From: a virus
Direction: 5' to 3' (one strand)
IMG/VR virus record: IMGVR_UViG_3300035695_000003
Span: 4,406-68,405 of that record
Length of the DNA: 64,000 bases
The notes under the pieces are model-generated. The model was not told the origin of the DNA. It saw nothing but the letters and a program-made list of their open reading frames with translations, and did no database searches. The position numbers and the translations under genes were made by a program. Of this stretch, positions 9,022 through 17,590 are shown piece by piece; the first letter of the stretch is position 1, and each line of letters starts with the position of its first letter.

Positions 9022-9189
9022 TCACGCCTTCGGGGCGATGGACGTGATCTCCGCCTTCGCCTTGGCGCTGATCTTCAGCCAGAGCGACCGCAGGGTCACG
9101 TGGAGGAACGCGCCCGCCACGAGCGCCACGATCGTGTGGCCGGGGTTCGTGACGAAGCCGAGCAGAAAGCCGAAGAAGTCACCGATCAT
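9022..9189 (-). CDS. small two-helix membrane protein (holin-like); not in the ORF track (<60 aa)
   Basis: MIGDFFGFLLGFVTNPGHTIVALVAGAFLHVTLRSLWLKISAKAKAEITSIAPKA; basic C-terminal tail. Confidence 0.4.
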   Translation of the reverse strand: MIGDFFGFLLGFVTNPGHTIVALVAGAFLHVTLRSLWLKISAKAKAEITSIAPKA

Positions 9190-9230
9190 CGTCCAACTCC
9201 TTGAGAGGGGCCTTCATGGAGCTCGACAAT

Positions 9231-9824
9231 CTAGGCCTCGGCGCTGATCTGCGCCACCAGCCGGGGCAGCGTCCGCAGGCTCGCCCGCGTAGTCGTGCCC
9301 CGGAACAAGGACTTACGAAGCGCGTCCTGAGACGCCTTGAACGGCAGTTCCAGGAGCCCGTACTGGTTGAACGCCGCCAGCTCGAAGAGCCTGAGCAAGA
9401 ACCAGTCGTGCTCGACGCCGAGCAGGACGAACCCGCGTCCGCCGCTCGCCCGCCAGTCGATCAGCCAGCCGAGCTGGTCCGGCGTCAGCTCGATCGGGAT
9501 CTTCGTCTGGGGCCGCTTCGGCCAGGCCGGCACGTACTTGTGCTCGACCATGGCGACCTTGCCCTCGAAGCACGTGATGTCGTCCGGCGTGCCGCGGCCG
9601 GCGAAGCCTTCGGCCGGCAGCTTCCGGATGAAGGCGCGGTAGGTTTCTTTCCAGGCCCTGAGCACCGCGGCGCGGAAGGCCGCCTCGTCTTTCACCAGGG
9701 CCTCCAGCCTTTGATCCTGATCAGGGTCGGCCTCGTGTCCGAGAAGCACATCGCCTGGACCTCGTCCCAGCGAGCGATGTACCACGGATACCGACGTCCG
9801 CAGTGCGGGCAGGCGACGGTGCAC
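9231..9824 (-). CDS. hypothetical protein, possibly VRR-NUC/PD-(D/E)XK-like
   Basis: ..GTPDDITCFEGKVAMVEHKYVP.. (PD ... E-x-K spacing). The 5' third overlaps the deformylase 3' end (9692-9824), so the real start is probably internal. Confidence 0.35.
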   Translation of the reverse strand: MHRRLPALRTSVSVVHRSLGRGPGDVLLGHEADPDQDQRLEALVKDEAAFRAAVLRAWKETYRAFIRKLPAEGFAGRGTPDDITCFEGKVAMVEHKYVPAWPKRPQTKIPIELTPDQLGWLIDWRASGGRGFVLLGVEHDWFLLRLFELAAFNQYGLLELPFKASQDALRKSLFRGTTTRASLRTLPRLVAQISAEA

Positions 9825-10324
9825 TCGCCCGTCGTCGGATCTTTCTCAGCGCGGACGGGCTTGAACGGCGAGCCCCATTCGGTCGGGCCTATCCGCAGTC
9901 CGTGATCCGTGATCAGGACGCCGTCGAGATGATCGATCTCGTGCTGCGCGACCCGCGCCCGCATGCCGTTGAAGATGAATGGTTCGTCCGACTGCGAGTC
10001 CTTGACGACGATGCGCGTCGCGCGCCGAACGACGACGCTGACGCCCGGCAACGACAAGCAGCCTTCGAGTTGCGACCACGTCGACGTGCTGCGCTCGACA
10101 ATCACGGGGTTGACGAGCTTGATCCCCTGGACGTTGCAGACGCGCGCGTCGACGCCGATCTGCGGCGCGCTCAATCCCAGACCTAGGGCCGCGAAGCGCG
10201 TCCGTTCGAGTTCGTTGCTGATGTACCGCTCGGCGATCTCTTCGTCGAGCAGCACCCGCGCCTTCTTGCGAAGGTCCGGCGCGCCCTCGATCAGGACGAG
10301 CCTGAGCCCGTCGTCGTGCTTCAT
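9692..10324 (-). CDS. def: peptide deformylase with a C-terminal Cys-rich extension
   Basis: MKHDDGLRLV.., motif 1 GLSAPQIG, motif 2 EGCLSLPG, motif 3 HEIDHLDG; then ..GECTVACPHCGRR.. tail. Confidence 0.8.
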   Translation of the reverse strand: MKHDDGLRLVLIEGAPDLRKKARVLLDEEIAERYISNELERTRFAALGLGLSAPQIGVDARVCNVQGIKLVNPVIVERSTSTWSQLEGCLSLPGVSVVVRRATRIVVKDSQSDEPFIFNGMRARVAQHEIDHLDGVLITDHGLRIGPTEWGSPFKPVRAEKDPTTGECTVACPHCGRRYPWYIARWDEVQAMCFSDTRPTLIRIKGWRPW

Positions 10325-10611
10325 CGGCCCAGAGGCGGCGCCAGTCGGGTGCCGGGCGGCACGGCGAGGATCTTCGACTCGGGCGCGTCGTCGAGCGCGG
10401 TCTGGAAGAGCGCCACGATCCGGACGAGCTCGGCGCGACTGATCGGGTTCTGCGGCGTCTGAAGCACGAACAGCGTCACCGGAGGCGCGTTCGGATCTTG
10501 CACGACCGGCTTCGTCTCTGCCACGACGGCCAGCATGCCGCCCTGCGGGTTCTGCGGCGTCGGCTCGGAGAGCTCGACCCACCGCTTCTCGGAAAAGCTC
10601 TTCGTGGTCAT
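10321..10611 (-). CDS. hypothetical protein
   Basis: MTTKSFSEKRWVELSEPTPQN..; ATGA overlap with def. Confidence 0.5.
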   Translation of the reverse strand: MTTKSFSEKRWVELSEPTPQNPQGGMLAVVAETKPVVQDPNAPPVTLFVLQTPQNPISRAELVRIVALFQTALDDAPESKILAVPPGTRLAPPLGR

Positions 10612-11135
10612 GACTTCTCCTTCTTCGCGTAGAAGAGCGCGGCCGTCCCGGGCGACTTGGCCCGGTCGTCCACGAGGTTCCCGTGAGCGGTGGCGTCGGC
10701 GAGGATCGCCGCGCACGCGAGGATCGCGCCCAGGTTCGTGTTGCCTCTCTTGGAGTCGCGGTCGACGTCGTCGCCCGCCTCGTACGCCGCCACGTGGCGC
10801 TTGATCGCGGCGACGTAGACGCTGATCTTCACCGGCACGTCGCGGAAGTTGTACGCGCCGTACTTGTCCGCGCCTTCTTCCATCGTGTCGGCCGTCAACG
10901 CCGTAGCTGCCGGCGGCACGAGATGCAGCGCCAACTTCTTCGCGGCGGCCGCGGTCTTCGGATTGACTGCCGGCCGCTCAGGCGCGTTCTTGCCGTAACT
11001 GGCCCCGCATTTCGGACAGACCCAGAAGCCCTTGATCTTGTCGAGGATCGCCTCCTCGCATCCGAACTTGGTGCAGACGCTGGTCGGCGATAGGCCCTGG
11101 TCCTGATCCGTCGCGTAATTGGCGCGGGTCGTCAC
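10608..11135 (-). CDS. Zn-ribbon protein with a possible all-alpha NTP-pyrophosphohydrolase (MazG-like) domain
   Basis: GTG start in GTGA overlap. CTKFGCEE..CPKCG zinc ribbon; ..MEEGADKYGAYNFRD..NTNLGAILACAAILAD.. loosely resembles MazG/HisE-type EExxE helices. Confidence 0.4.
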   Translation of the reverse strand: MTTRANYATDQDQGLSPTSVCTKFGCEEAILDKIKGFWVCPKCGASYGKNAPERPAVNPKTAAAAKKLALHLVPPAATALTADTMEEGADKYGAYNFRDVPVKISVYVAAIKRHVAAYEAGDDVDRDSKRGNTNLGAILACAAILADATAHGNLVDDRAKSPGTAALFYAKKEKS

Positions 11136-11659
11136 GGCAACACCAGGGCCTTCACGACGTCGAGCCCCGACTGCAGGTCGCCCACGATGTAGCCCGCGAG
11201 CTGGTTCACCATCGCGTGGTGGTGCGGGTTCGTCTTGCCGAGCGCCACGACGTCCGTGGCGGCGTTCTTGACCGGCAGCGCCTGATACTCGACGCCGCCC
11301 TCCATGATCACGACGAGCGGCACGCGGAACGCGTCCGCCCATCCGATCTCGATCATGGACCCCACGGAGATGCGCTCGGCGCCGAGCAGGTTCATCAGCA
11401 CGACGTCGGCGCGACGCACGTCTTCCCGATCTCTGGTGCAGATGCCTTTCGGCGCGCTCAGGGGATGCACGCGCTGGTAGGCCTCGGGCGATCCGTCGAT
11501 CTTCTCCTCGCCTTTCAGGTACTGCTTCGCCCGCAGCGGGCTGAACCCGTCGATGTGCATCAGGTGCAGCGCGTACTTCGCCGCCTCGCGCCAGTCCGTC
11601 GCGCCGCCGTAGCTCAGGCCCGTGATCGGACCGGCAAGATAGACCCGGGGTCTGCTCAT
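11132..11659 (-). CDS. nucleoside 2-deoxyribosyltransferase-like protein
   Basis: N-terminal VYLAGPITG, ..ADVVLMNLLGAE..IEIGWADAFRVPLVVI.. typical of the Nuc_deoxyrib_tr/DNPH1-like fold. Confidence 0.55.
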   Translation of the reverse strand: MSRPRVYLAGPITGLSYGGATDWREAAKYALHLMHIDGFSPLRAKQYLKGEEKIDGSPEAYQRVHPLSAPKGICTRDREDVRRADVVLMNLLGAERISVGSMIEIGWADAFRVPLVVIMEGGVEYQALPVKNAATDVVALGKTNPHHHAMVNQLAGYIVGDLQSGLDVVKALVLP

Positions 11660-12168
11660 GCCGTCGTCTCTTTCGCCATGGCGTCCAGCACCGCCTGCGG
11701 CACCTTGCCGGGCTGCGCGGGCAGTGCCTTCGTCTTGCCCGTGGGCCTCGGCCTGAACAGCCGCGGGTCCTCGTGCCGTTGCATCAGCTGCTGTTGCGCG
11801 GCCGTCGCCTGGGCACGGGCGCGCTCGCGCCGGCTCATCGTGGCCTGGCGCACCTGCGCGTACAGCATCACCAGCTCTTGCGCCTGGAGCTGGGGATCGC
11901 CCGCCTCCGCGGCGACGGCCATGAGCTGCGCGATCCCGCCCACGCGGCGCTGGAGCGCGTCGCCCAGGCGCCCGCGCCGGCCCAGCACGTCGCCCAGCGT
12001 GCTCTGCAGCTTGGCGATCTCCATCGCCGCCGCCTGCGTCGCGACCTTGCTGACCACCAGCCCGTCCATGCCGCGCACGAGCCGGACGGCGAGGCCGAAG
12101 CGCAGCCGGCGCAGCGCCATCTTGACGCGCACGCCGAACGGCGGCCGCGGCATCGCGGGCATCGTCAC
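11656..12168 (-). CDS. hypothetical protein
   Basis: GTGA-coupled GTG start at 12168; moderate composition bias (A/R/Q-rich). Confidence 0.35.
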   Translation of the reverse strand: MTMPAMPRPPFGVRVKMALRRLRFGLAVRLVRGMDGLVVSKVATQAAAMEIAKLQSTLGDVLGRRGRLGDALQRRVGGIAQLMAVAAEAGDPQLQAQELVMLYAQVRQATMSRRERARAQATAAQQQLMQRHEDPRLFRPRPTGKTKALPAQPGKVPQAVLDAMAKETTA

Positions 12169-12380
12169 GGCGCCCGCGGGGCCCACGCCTCCGGCAGCCC
12201 CTCGGGTCTGAACTGGAGCCTGGAGATCTCCTCCGTCAGGAGCGTCGCCCGCTCCCCGTTCTTCCGCTCGACCAGCCAGCGCTTCGTCCATTCGCCCGTC
12301 TCCTTGGATTTCGTCTCGAACAAGAAGCAGCGCGGGACCTCTTCCCGCGCGCCGTTCGCGTACTCGACCAGGAAGGTCAC
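12165..12380 (-). CDS. hypothetical protein
   Basis: VTFLVEYANGAREEVPRCFLFETKSKETGEWTKRWLVERKNG..; GTGA overlap with the upstream gene. Confidence 0.45.
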   Translation of the reverse strand: MTFLVEYANGAREEVPRCFLFETKSKETGEWTKRWLVERKNGERATLLTEEISRLQFRPEGLPEAWAPRAP

Positions 12381-12589
12381 GCGGACCGCTTGCTGCCCGC
12401 GCTCGCCGCCCAGCCGCCGATCAGCAGCTCGAACCACAGCACCGCGCCCCAATGCGCGAGGTCCTGCGTCCAGCCCGCGTGGAACAGACAGTCAGCCGCC
12501 CAGATCGTCGCGAGCGGGCTCGCGAGCACCATCACCAGGGCCACGACGACGATCACCGCCGTGGTCGTGCAGCCGCCCAGCTTGCTCAT
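12377..12589 (-). CDS. small membrane protein
   Basis: MSKLGGCTTTAVIVVVALVMVLASPLATIW.. TM helix. Confidence 0.5.
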   Translation of the reverse strand: MSKLGGCTTTAVIVVVALVMVLASPLATIWAADCLFHAGWTQDLAHWGAVLWFELLIGGWAASAGSKRSA

Positions 12590-12837
12590 GACGTCCTCTT
12601 TGCTCGTTTGGGTTTGACCACGAGCTCGACGTCCCATGTCGCCCCGCAGCCGTTGGCGCATCGCCCGTCTTCCGTCGGCCGGTGGCCGAAGGTCCTGCAC
12701 CAGTTCTTCGCGAACTCCTCGCGCGCGACGGCGGTCGGACGACGATCGTCGCCCTTGCCCGCGCCGCGGACCTGTGCGTCGAGCGGCCGGTTCGACCGCC
12801 CCATGCTCTTGAAGTCGGCCTTCTCGTCGACCTGCAT
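12586..12837 (-). CDS. Cys-rich small protein
   Basis: ..NWCRTFGHRPTEDGRCANGCGATW.. Confidence 0.45.
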   Translation of the reverse strand: MQVDEKADFKSMGRSNRPLDAQVRGAGKGDDRRPTAVAREEFAKNWCRTFGHRPTEDGRCANGCGATWDVELVVKPKRAKRTS

Positions 12838-13262
12838 CAGCGACTGACCTTCCGCACGAGCGTCGACGTGAGCGTCGCCGTCGCGCCGGCTTTCAGCCCC
12901 CACTCAGCGAACGCCTCGAACACCGTGTTCAGCTGGATCGCGGCGCTCGACACCTCCACGGCGCGCGTTCGCGTTCCGAAGCTGAGCGTCTCTGTCTTCT
13001 CGGCCTTCACGACGGCCACGGGATCGAAGGGGCCGGGGACGAGCACGTCGACGATCTTGAGCAGGTGCCCGTCGATCTTGAGTCGGTCGCCGATCTTCGG
13101 CTCGCGCGGCGCCGGCGGCGTCTTCTTGGTCTGCTCCCATTCCCGACGACGCTGGATGTTGTCGATCTCTGACAACAGAGAATACGCGATCAGGGCGAGC
13201 TTCGCCTGCGTCTCGGCCTCGGTGATCGCCTGCCGCATCTCTTCCACGTTGATCTTCGACAT
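12837..13262 (-). CDS. hypothetical protein
   Basis: MSKINVEEMRQAITEAETQAKLALIAYS.. Confidence 0.5.
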   Translation of the reverse strand: MSKINVEEMRQAITEAETQAKLALIAYSLLSEIDNIQRRREWEQTKKTPPAPREPKIGDRLKIDGHLLKIVDVLVPGPFDPVAVVKAEKTETLSFGTRTRAVEVSSAAIQLNTVFEAFAEWGLKAGATATLTSTLVRKVSR

Positions 13263-13342
13263 GCTCGTTCCTTTCAGGTCAGAGTATTTGGCCACGTTCG
13301 AGACGAGACCCGAGAGCTGGCCGTATTCGCACCGCCAGCACA

Positions 13343-13660
13343 TCAGACGCCGCTGCCTTGCAGCCGCTCCGCGCGGTGCTGCTCCGCCGCCTCGTCGCCC
13401 AGGTTGATCCGGATGCGCTCCGTCTCCTCGTCGATCTCGGCCATCTCTTCGGGCGTCGGGTCCGGGCGCTTGTACGGCGGACGCTGCGCCACGGTGACCT
13501 CGGCGGTCGCTGCCGTCGCGCGGGTGATGTACGCCGCCGTCTCCCAGACCGCCAGCAGGCGGGCAAGGCCCGCGTCGTCCATGCGAACGACCACGTCGTC
13601 GAGCGCGTATTCCGCCGTCGCGACGTCGGGCTCGTCGATCAACACCTTCAGCTTGATCAT
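13343..13660 (-). CDS. hypothetical protein
   Basis: MIKLKVLIDEPDVATAEYALDDVVVRMDDAG.. Confidence 0.5.
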   Translation of the reverse strand: MIKLKVLIDEPDVATAEYALDDVVVRMDDAGLARLLAVWETAAYITRATAATAEVTVAQRPPYKRPDPTPEEMAEIDEETERIRINLGDEAAEQHRAERLQGSGV

Positions 13661-13971
13661 GCCAGGAGCTCCTTCATGAGGGCCGCGTGCATCTCGGCGA
13701 CGATGCCCGGGAGCGCGGTCGTGGTCTCGATATTCTTGCCGGTGGTCCACCACTTGCCTGCACGCGCGTTCTGCACGGACGGCACCGCCCCGACCTTGTC
13801 GCCCGTCACGAGCAGGTCCGCGATCAGCACCAGCGAGCCCTGCTCCATGTCGTAGTAGTACGTCCATCGGGGCACGCGGTTCAGGAGCGGCACCTGGTTC
13901 GCGTGCTGGACCATGTCCAGCGGCGTCGCGAACCGGTCCAGCACCGCCGCGAGCGTCTTGATGTCGGTCAC
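13657..13971 (-). CDS. hypothetical protein
   Basis: GTGA-coupled start; VTDIKTLAAVLDRFATPLDMVQHANQ.. Confidence 0.5.
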   Translation of the reverse strand: MTDIKTLAAVLDRFATPLDMVQHANQVPLLNRVPRWTYYYDMEQGSLVLIADLLVTGDKVGAVPSVQNARAGKWWTTGKNIETTTALPGIVAEMHAALMKELLA

Positions 13972-14153
13972 AGCTCGACCACCAGTTCGTCGTGAACCCG
14001 CACGAGGTTCGCGGCGGGATACGTCCTGCGCACCCAGTCCGCGATCCAGTCGGTCAGATCGCCACCGTATTCGGGATTGTCCATGACCGTCTTGTACTCT
14101 TCGATCTGCTGGGCAAGCGCGGCGCGAAACGCGACGAATTCTTCGTCGGTCAT
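13968..14153 (-). CDS. hypothetical protein
   Basis: MTDEEFVAFRAALAQQIEEYKTVMDNPEYGGDLTDW.. Confidence 0.5.
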   Translation of the reverse strand: MTDEEFVAFRAALAQQIEEYKTVMDNPEYGGDLTDWIADWVRRTYPAANLVRVHDELVVEL

Positions 14154-14344
14154 TGCGCACTCCAGTCGCAGGCCACCTTGTCGCCCGGACGCGTCGCGGG
14201 ACTCACGTACCTGCAGCGCTCGCCGTCGGTCGAGATGGCCGTGTAGGTCGTGTCCACGTGGACTTCGACCGTCACGTACTTCACGGTTGCCGGCGTCGAG
14301 CAGGCCGTGAGACCGGCAAGCGTCACGATCAGCAATCGCTTCAT
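14150..14344 (-). CDS. small lipoprotein
   Basis: MKRLLIVTLAGLTACSTPATV.. (signal peptide plus lipobox LAGLTAC). Confidence 0.5.
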   Translation of the reverse strand: MKRLLIVTLAGLTACSTPATVKYVTVEVHVDTTYTAISTDGERCRYVSPATRPGDKVACDWSAQ

Positions 14345-14346
14345 GG

Positions 14347-14835
14347 TCAATTCTCCTCTTTCACGAGTTGTTCGAACACCGCGTCGCCGTAGCCCGCCTC
14401 GCACCCCGCCTTCGCGGGGCCCCGACCGTACTCGCGCACGGCGGGGCCCCACACGGGGCAGACGGCGTGGAACTCCGCGAGGATCCTGACGCCGACGCAC
14501 GCCCCGCGGCGGAGGCCCGTCAGCGGTCCGTCGCCGCACTCGGCGACGAACGTCCCGTCCCAGTATTCAGGCCGCGCCTGCATGACGCCCAGCGCCCCGA
14601 CCGAGGACCGGGCCATCGTGTCCCCGGACCAGTCCTCCGCGTGGCTCACCGCCAGCGCGAGGTGGACCGGGACGCCGGCCTTGATCGCCTCTGCGCTGAC
14701 GGCCGAATCGCGGAGCTCGCTCATGCCGAGCGGCGCGACGCGCGCCGGGCCGGTCTTGATCGGCGCCAGCGACAACGCCGCCAGCACGGCCAGCGTGCTC
14801 ATCACCGCGTATGCCCATCGCCAGCCGCGCGTCAT
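14347..14835 (-). CDS. lytic transglycosylase (SLT domain) with signal peptide
   Basis: MTRGWRWAYAVMSTLAVLAALSLA.. signal; ..LALAVSHAEDWSGD..SSVGALGVMQ.. (SLT E-S ... GLMQ-type motifs). Confidence 0.7.
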   Translation of the reverse strand: MTRGWRWAYAVMSTLAVLAALSLAPIKTGPARVAPLGMSELRDSAVSAEAIKAGVPVHLALAVSHAEDWSGDTMARSSVGALGVMQARPEYWDGTFVAECGDGPLTGLRRGACVGVRILAEFHAVCPVWGPAVREYGRGPAKAGCEAGYGDAVFEQLVKEEN

Positions 14836-14926
14836 CCGATCTTCTTCTTGCCGTCGGTCGTAGATCACGAGTGGTCTCCGTCGGTCTGTCTGGGTTTCTG
14901 AGGCGCGCAATCTAACGCCTCGGGCG

Positions 14927-16771
14927 TCAGCGCGCCAGCTCGTTCGCGTCCATGGGATCGACGTTCTCTTGCAGCAGGTCGCGCATGTCGCGCCGGACGA
15001 CGCCGGCGTCGAGCGCCGCCTGCACGTAGGCCTGCAGCGCCTGGGCGCCGGTCTTGAGCCCTGCCCGGAGCGCCGCGTCCTTGATGCCGTCCTTCGCCTG
15101 CGCCGCCGTGGAGCCCGGATGCCGGCGCACCCAGTCCAGCACCACGGGGATCATGACGAGCGCCGGGTCGGGCGCCGCGTCCGTGACGCGGAACTCGGGC
15201 GGCGCGCCCGGATGCTCGACGAGCTCCGTCTCGAACGGGCGCCAGCCCACGATCCGACCGATCCCGATCGCCTCGCGGCGCGAGCCGCCGCCGCCCCGGT
15301 CGGGATTCCTGTAGATGATCACCTGGTCCACGGCACCGCCGATCGCCGTCGAGTCGCGGTACTCGTCCGAGGCGCCCTTCGGCGCGTGGTGGACGAGCGT
15401 GACCGCGGCGCCGCCCTTCTGGCAGACGCGTCGCAACGGGATCAGCGTGTTCACCCAGCCCGCGGATTGGCTCGCCTCTTCGACCGCCGCGAAGTGCGCC
15501 ATCGTGTCGATGACGACCCACGACGGATGAAGCCGTGTCAGCTCGGCCTCGAGCTCCGCGAGGCGACCGTCGAACTCGGCCGCGCGCGGGTACAAGACGT
15601 GCATCATCGCGGGGTCGCCGCCGAAGCGGACGAGGCGCTGCGCCACGTCGGCCTCGGGTTCTAAGTCGGCGCTTACCCAGAGCACGGAGCCCAGCGGACA
15701 CGTCTCGCCGAAGAACTTGCGACCGCGCGTCACCGCGGCCGCGGCGGCCGTCAGGAGCGTGGACTTGCCCGCCCACTTCTCGCGGCCCGCGAGCAGCGTC
15801 GTTCGGCCTTGCCAGGCGAGGCGCGGCACCACGGCGAGCGGCGGCCGCATCGTGTTCGGGTCTTTCAGGAGCTCTTCCACGCTGCGGGCGACGTTCGCCT
15901 CGGCCTCGACGCCGGCCCCGCCGCCCGGACGGGCCCGGCGCACCGTGTGCCGGAGCAGCGTGATCTGGTTGCGCGTCTCTTTCCACTTGTCGCGGAACAG
16001 CGCGCTCGCGGCCATCGCCTCGACGACGGCATTTTCCGTCGCGCCTGGCTGACGCCAGAGGATCTTCGCGAGGTCGAAGTCGGCCTCGGAGCGCCGACCT
16101 TCGTAGAACTCGCCCGCGTCGAACAAGGCAAAAAAGCGCCGCGCCTCGCGGCTGCCGCGCGCCTGCTCCACGAGCGACTTGGCCACGGCGTCGATCTCTG
16201 CCTGCGCCGCGGCCGGCGCGGGCGCCGTCGCCTCGGCGCCGCCCACGAACTTCTTGTGCAGGCCCGCGAGCGGCAGCGAGAGGTCCGGCAGCGCCGTCCG
16301 TCCCGGCTGCACCACGTCGCCCGTGATCGCGAAGTAGCGCGGGGACGACGCGTCGTACATCTCGACGTCGTCCTTGCGCTTGCCGCCCGCGGGGAGCGCG
16401 CCCCGCGCGATGAAGTGCAGTCCGGCGCCCGACTGGCTGCGCTCGACGTAGGCGCCCGCCAGCGCGCCCAGGAACTCGGCGGCGACGGCGTTCGGCCCGT
16501 CGGGCCCGAGCGCGTCGTCCAGGTCCACGCCGACGTACGACGTCGCCGTGAAGACGAACCCGACGCCCGAGTAGCCGCCGCCCGCGGCCAGCGCGAGCTG
16601 CGCGTCGCCGAACGACGCCCAGTCCCGCTCGTCCGTGGTCTTGGCCTTGCGACCGTCGATCGTGTACGGGACCTTCGTCTTCTTCGGACGCCCGACGTCT
16701 TCGAGACGCCAGAGCACCCACCGCTTGAGGCCGCGCAGCTCGGCCGGGATCTTCTCCGGATCGAGCGTCAC
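14927..16771 (-). CDS. bifunctional primase-polymerase (N-terminal) / P4-type replicative ATPase (C-terminal)
   Basis: Prim-Pol motifs ..VGVDLDD.. and ..SGAGLHF..; Walker A LAGREKWAGKSTL; Walker B ..WVVIDTM... Confidence 0.85.
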   Translation of the reverse strand: MTLDPEKIPAELRGLKRWVLWRLEDVGRPKKTKVPYTIDGRKAKTTDERDWASFGDAQLALAAGGGYSGVGFVFTATSYVGVDLDDALGPDGPNAVAAEFLGALAGAYVERSQSGAGLHFIARGALPAGGKRKDDVEMYDASSPRYFAITGDVVQPGRTALPDLSLPLAGLHKKFVGGAEATAPAPAAAQAEIDAVAKSLVEQARGSREARRFFALFDAGEFYEGRRSEADFDLAKILWRQPGATENAVVEAMAASALFRDKWKETRNQITLLRHTVRRARPGGGAGVEAEANVARSVEELLKDPNTMRPPLAVVPRLAWQGRTTLLAGREKWAGKSTLLTAAAAAVTRGRKFFGETCPLGSVLWVSADLEPEADVAQRLVRFGGDPAMMHVLYPRAAEFDGRLAELEAELTRLHPSWVVIDTMAHFAAVEEASQSAGWVNTLIPLRRVCQKGGAAVTLVHHAPKGASDEYRDSTAIGGAVDQVIIYRNPDRGGGGSRREAIGIGRIVGWRPFETELVEHPGAPPEFRVTDAAPDPALVMIPVVLDWVRRHPGSTAAQAKDGIKDAALRAGLKTGAQALQAYVQAALDAGVVRRDMRDLLQENVDPMDANELAR

Positions 16772-16980
16772 GCGGCGCTCGTGGGCCGCCGTCTCTGATA
16801 CACCGCGCCCTCGGGGGGCGGCAGCCGGAAGTGCCGCGCCACCAGCCGGCGCAGCACGAACGAGATCGTCTTGCCCTCGGCCTCGGCCTTCAGGCGCTCG
16901 TATTCCGCGGGCGCCAGCAGGGCATGCACGTGGACGAGCCCGCTCTTGGTGGTGGTCGGTCCTGCGCCTGGACGCCTCAT
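16768..16980 (-). CDS. ribbon-helix-helix (Arc/CopG-like) DNA-binding protein
   Basis: ..HVHALLAPAEYERLKAEAEGKTISFVLRRLVARHF.. beta-strand then two helices. Confidence 0.5.
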   Translation of the reverse strand: MRRPGAGPTTTKSGLVHVHALLAPAEYERLKAEAEGKTISFVLRRLVARHFRLPPPEGAVYQRRRPTSAA

Positions 16981-17162
16981 CGATCTGTCTCCGGTCTGGG
17001 TTCTGTCACGGCGGGCGACGATGATAGCATGGGTGCCCCGCCGGCGCCAGTGCCCCGGAGGAGCTCGGCGAGCGACAGCGTCGAAAACGAGGTCCGGCCA
17101 TCTTTCCAGTAGATCGCCACGCCTCTGGGGCCGACGAGCAGCAGGTGGACGACGTCGGTCAT
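16977..17162 (-). CDS. hypothetical protein
   Basis: MTDVVHLLLVGPRGVAIYWKDGRTSFSTLSLAELLRG.. Confidence 0.4.
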   Translation of the reverse strand: MTDVVHLLLVGPRGVAIYWKDGRTSFSTLSLAELLRGTGAGGAPMLSSSPAVTEPRPETDR

Positions 17163-17590
17163 GGTGTAGCCGACGGTCTGAAGAGAACGACCGGCTTGGC
17201 CTTTCCGTGCCATGCGCCTGCCAATGCCAGCAATTCGCGCTCGGGATCTGATCCCAAGATCGCCTGAAGCGCGATCCGATCGCCGATCGGAAGCGGTCTC
17301 CGGAGCTTCAACCAGACGTGACGATGCATCGCGCCGCTCTTCGACGGCAAGATGACTGGCTCGTCGAACGTGAGCACGTCGACGATGCCGCCGTGTTCCG
17401 CGGCGAGCGACTTCAAGAGCCTGAGTCCGTCAGAGAACCGGGACATGGCCGTGTCCGAGTCGACGTCCAGCTGGAGCGTCGTGTCGTCGGCGACGTCCGG
17501 GACCAGTCCCAGCTCGGCAGCGCGCCGCTCCATCCAGCCGTCGGTCAACGCGCCGAGTTCAGACTTCTTGAGGTACTTGAGATACGTCAT
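17159..17590 (-). CDS. hypothetical protein
   Basis: MTYLKYLKKSELGALTDGWMERRAAELG.. Confidence 0.5.
   Translation of the reverse strand: MTYLKYLKKSELGALTDGWMERRAAELGLVPDVADDTTLQLDVDSDTAMSRFSDGLRLLKSLAAEHGGIVDVLTFDEPVILPSKSGAMHRHVWLKLRRPLPIGDRIALQAILGSDPERELLALAGAWHGKAKPVVLFRPSATP

Noticed and set aside
14885-14935. Spacer with partial similarity to the hammerhead spacers (..GCCTCGGGCGTCAGCGCGCC.., ..GGGTTTCTGAGG..)
   Set aside because: The core would read CUGACGC (A9 replaced by C) and the element order is scrambled, so it cannot form a catalytic hammerhead. It may be a decayed relative at most.
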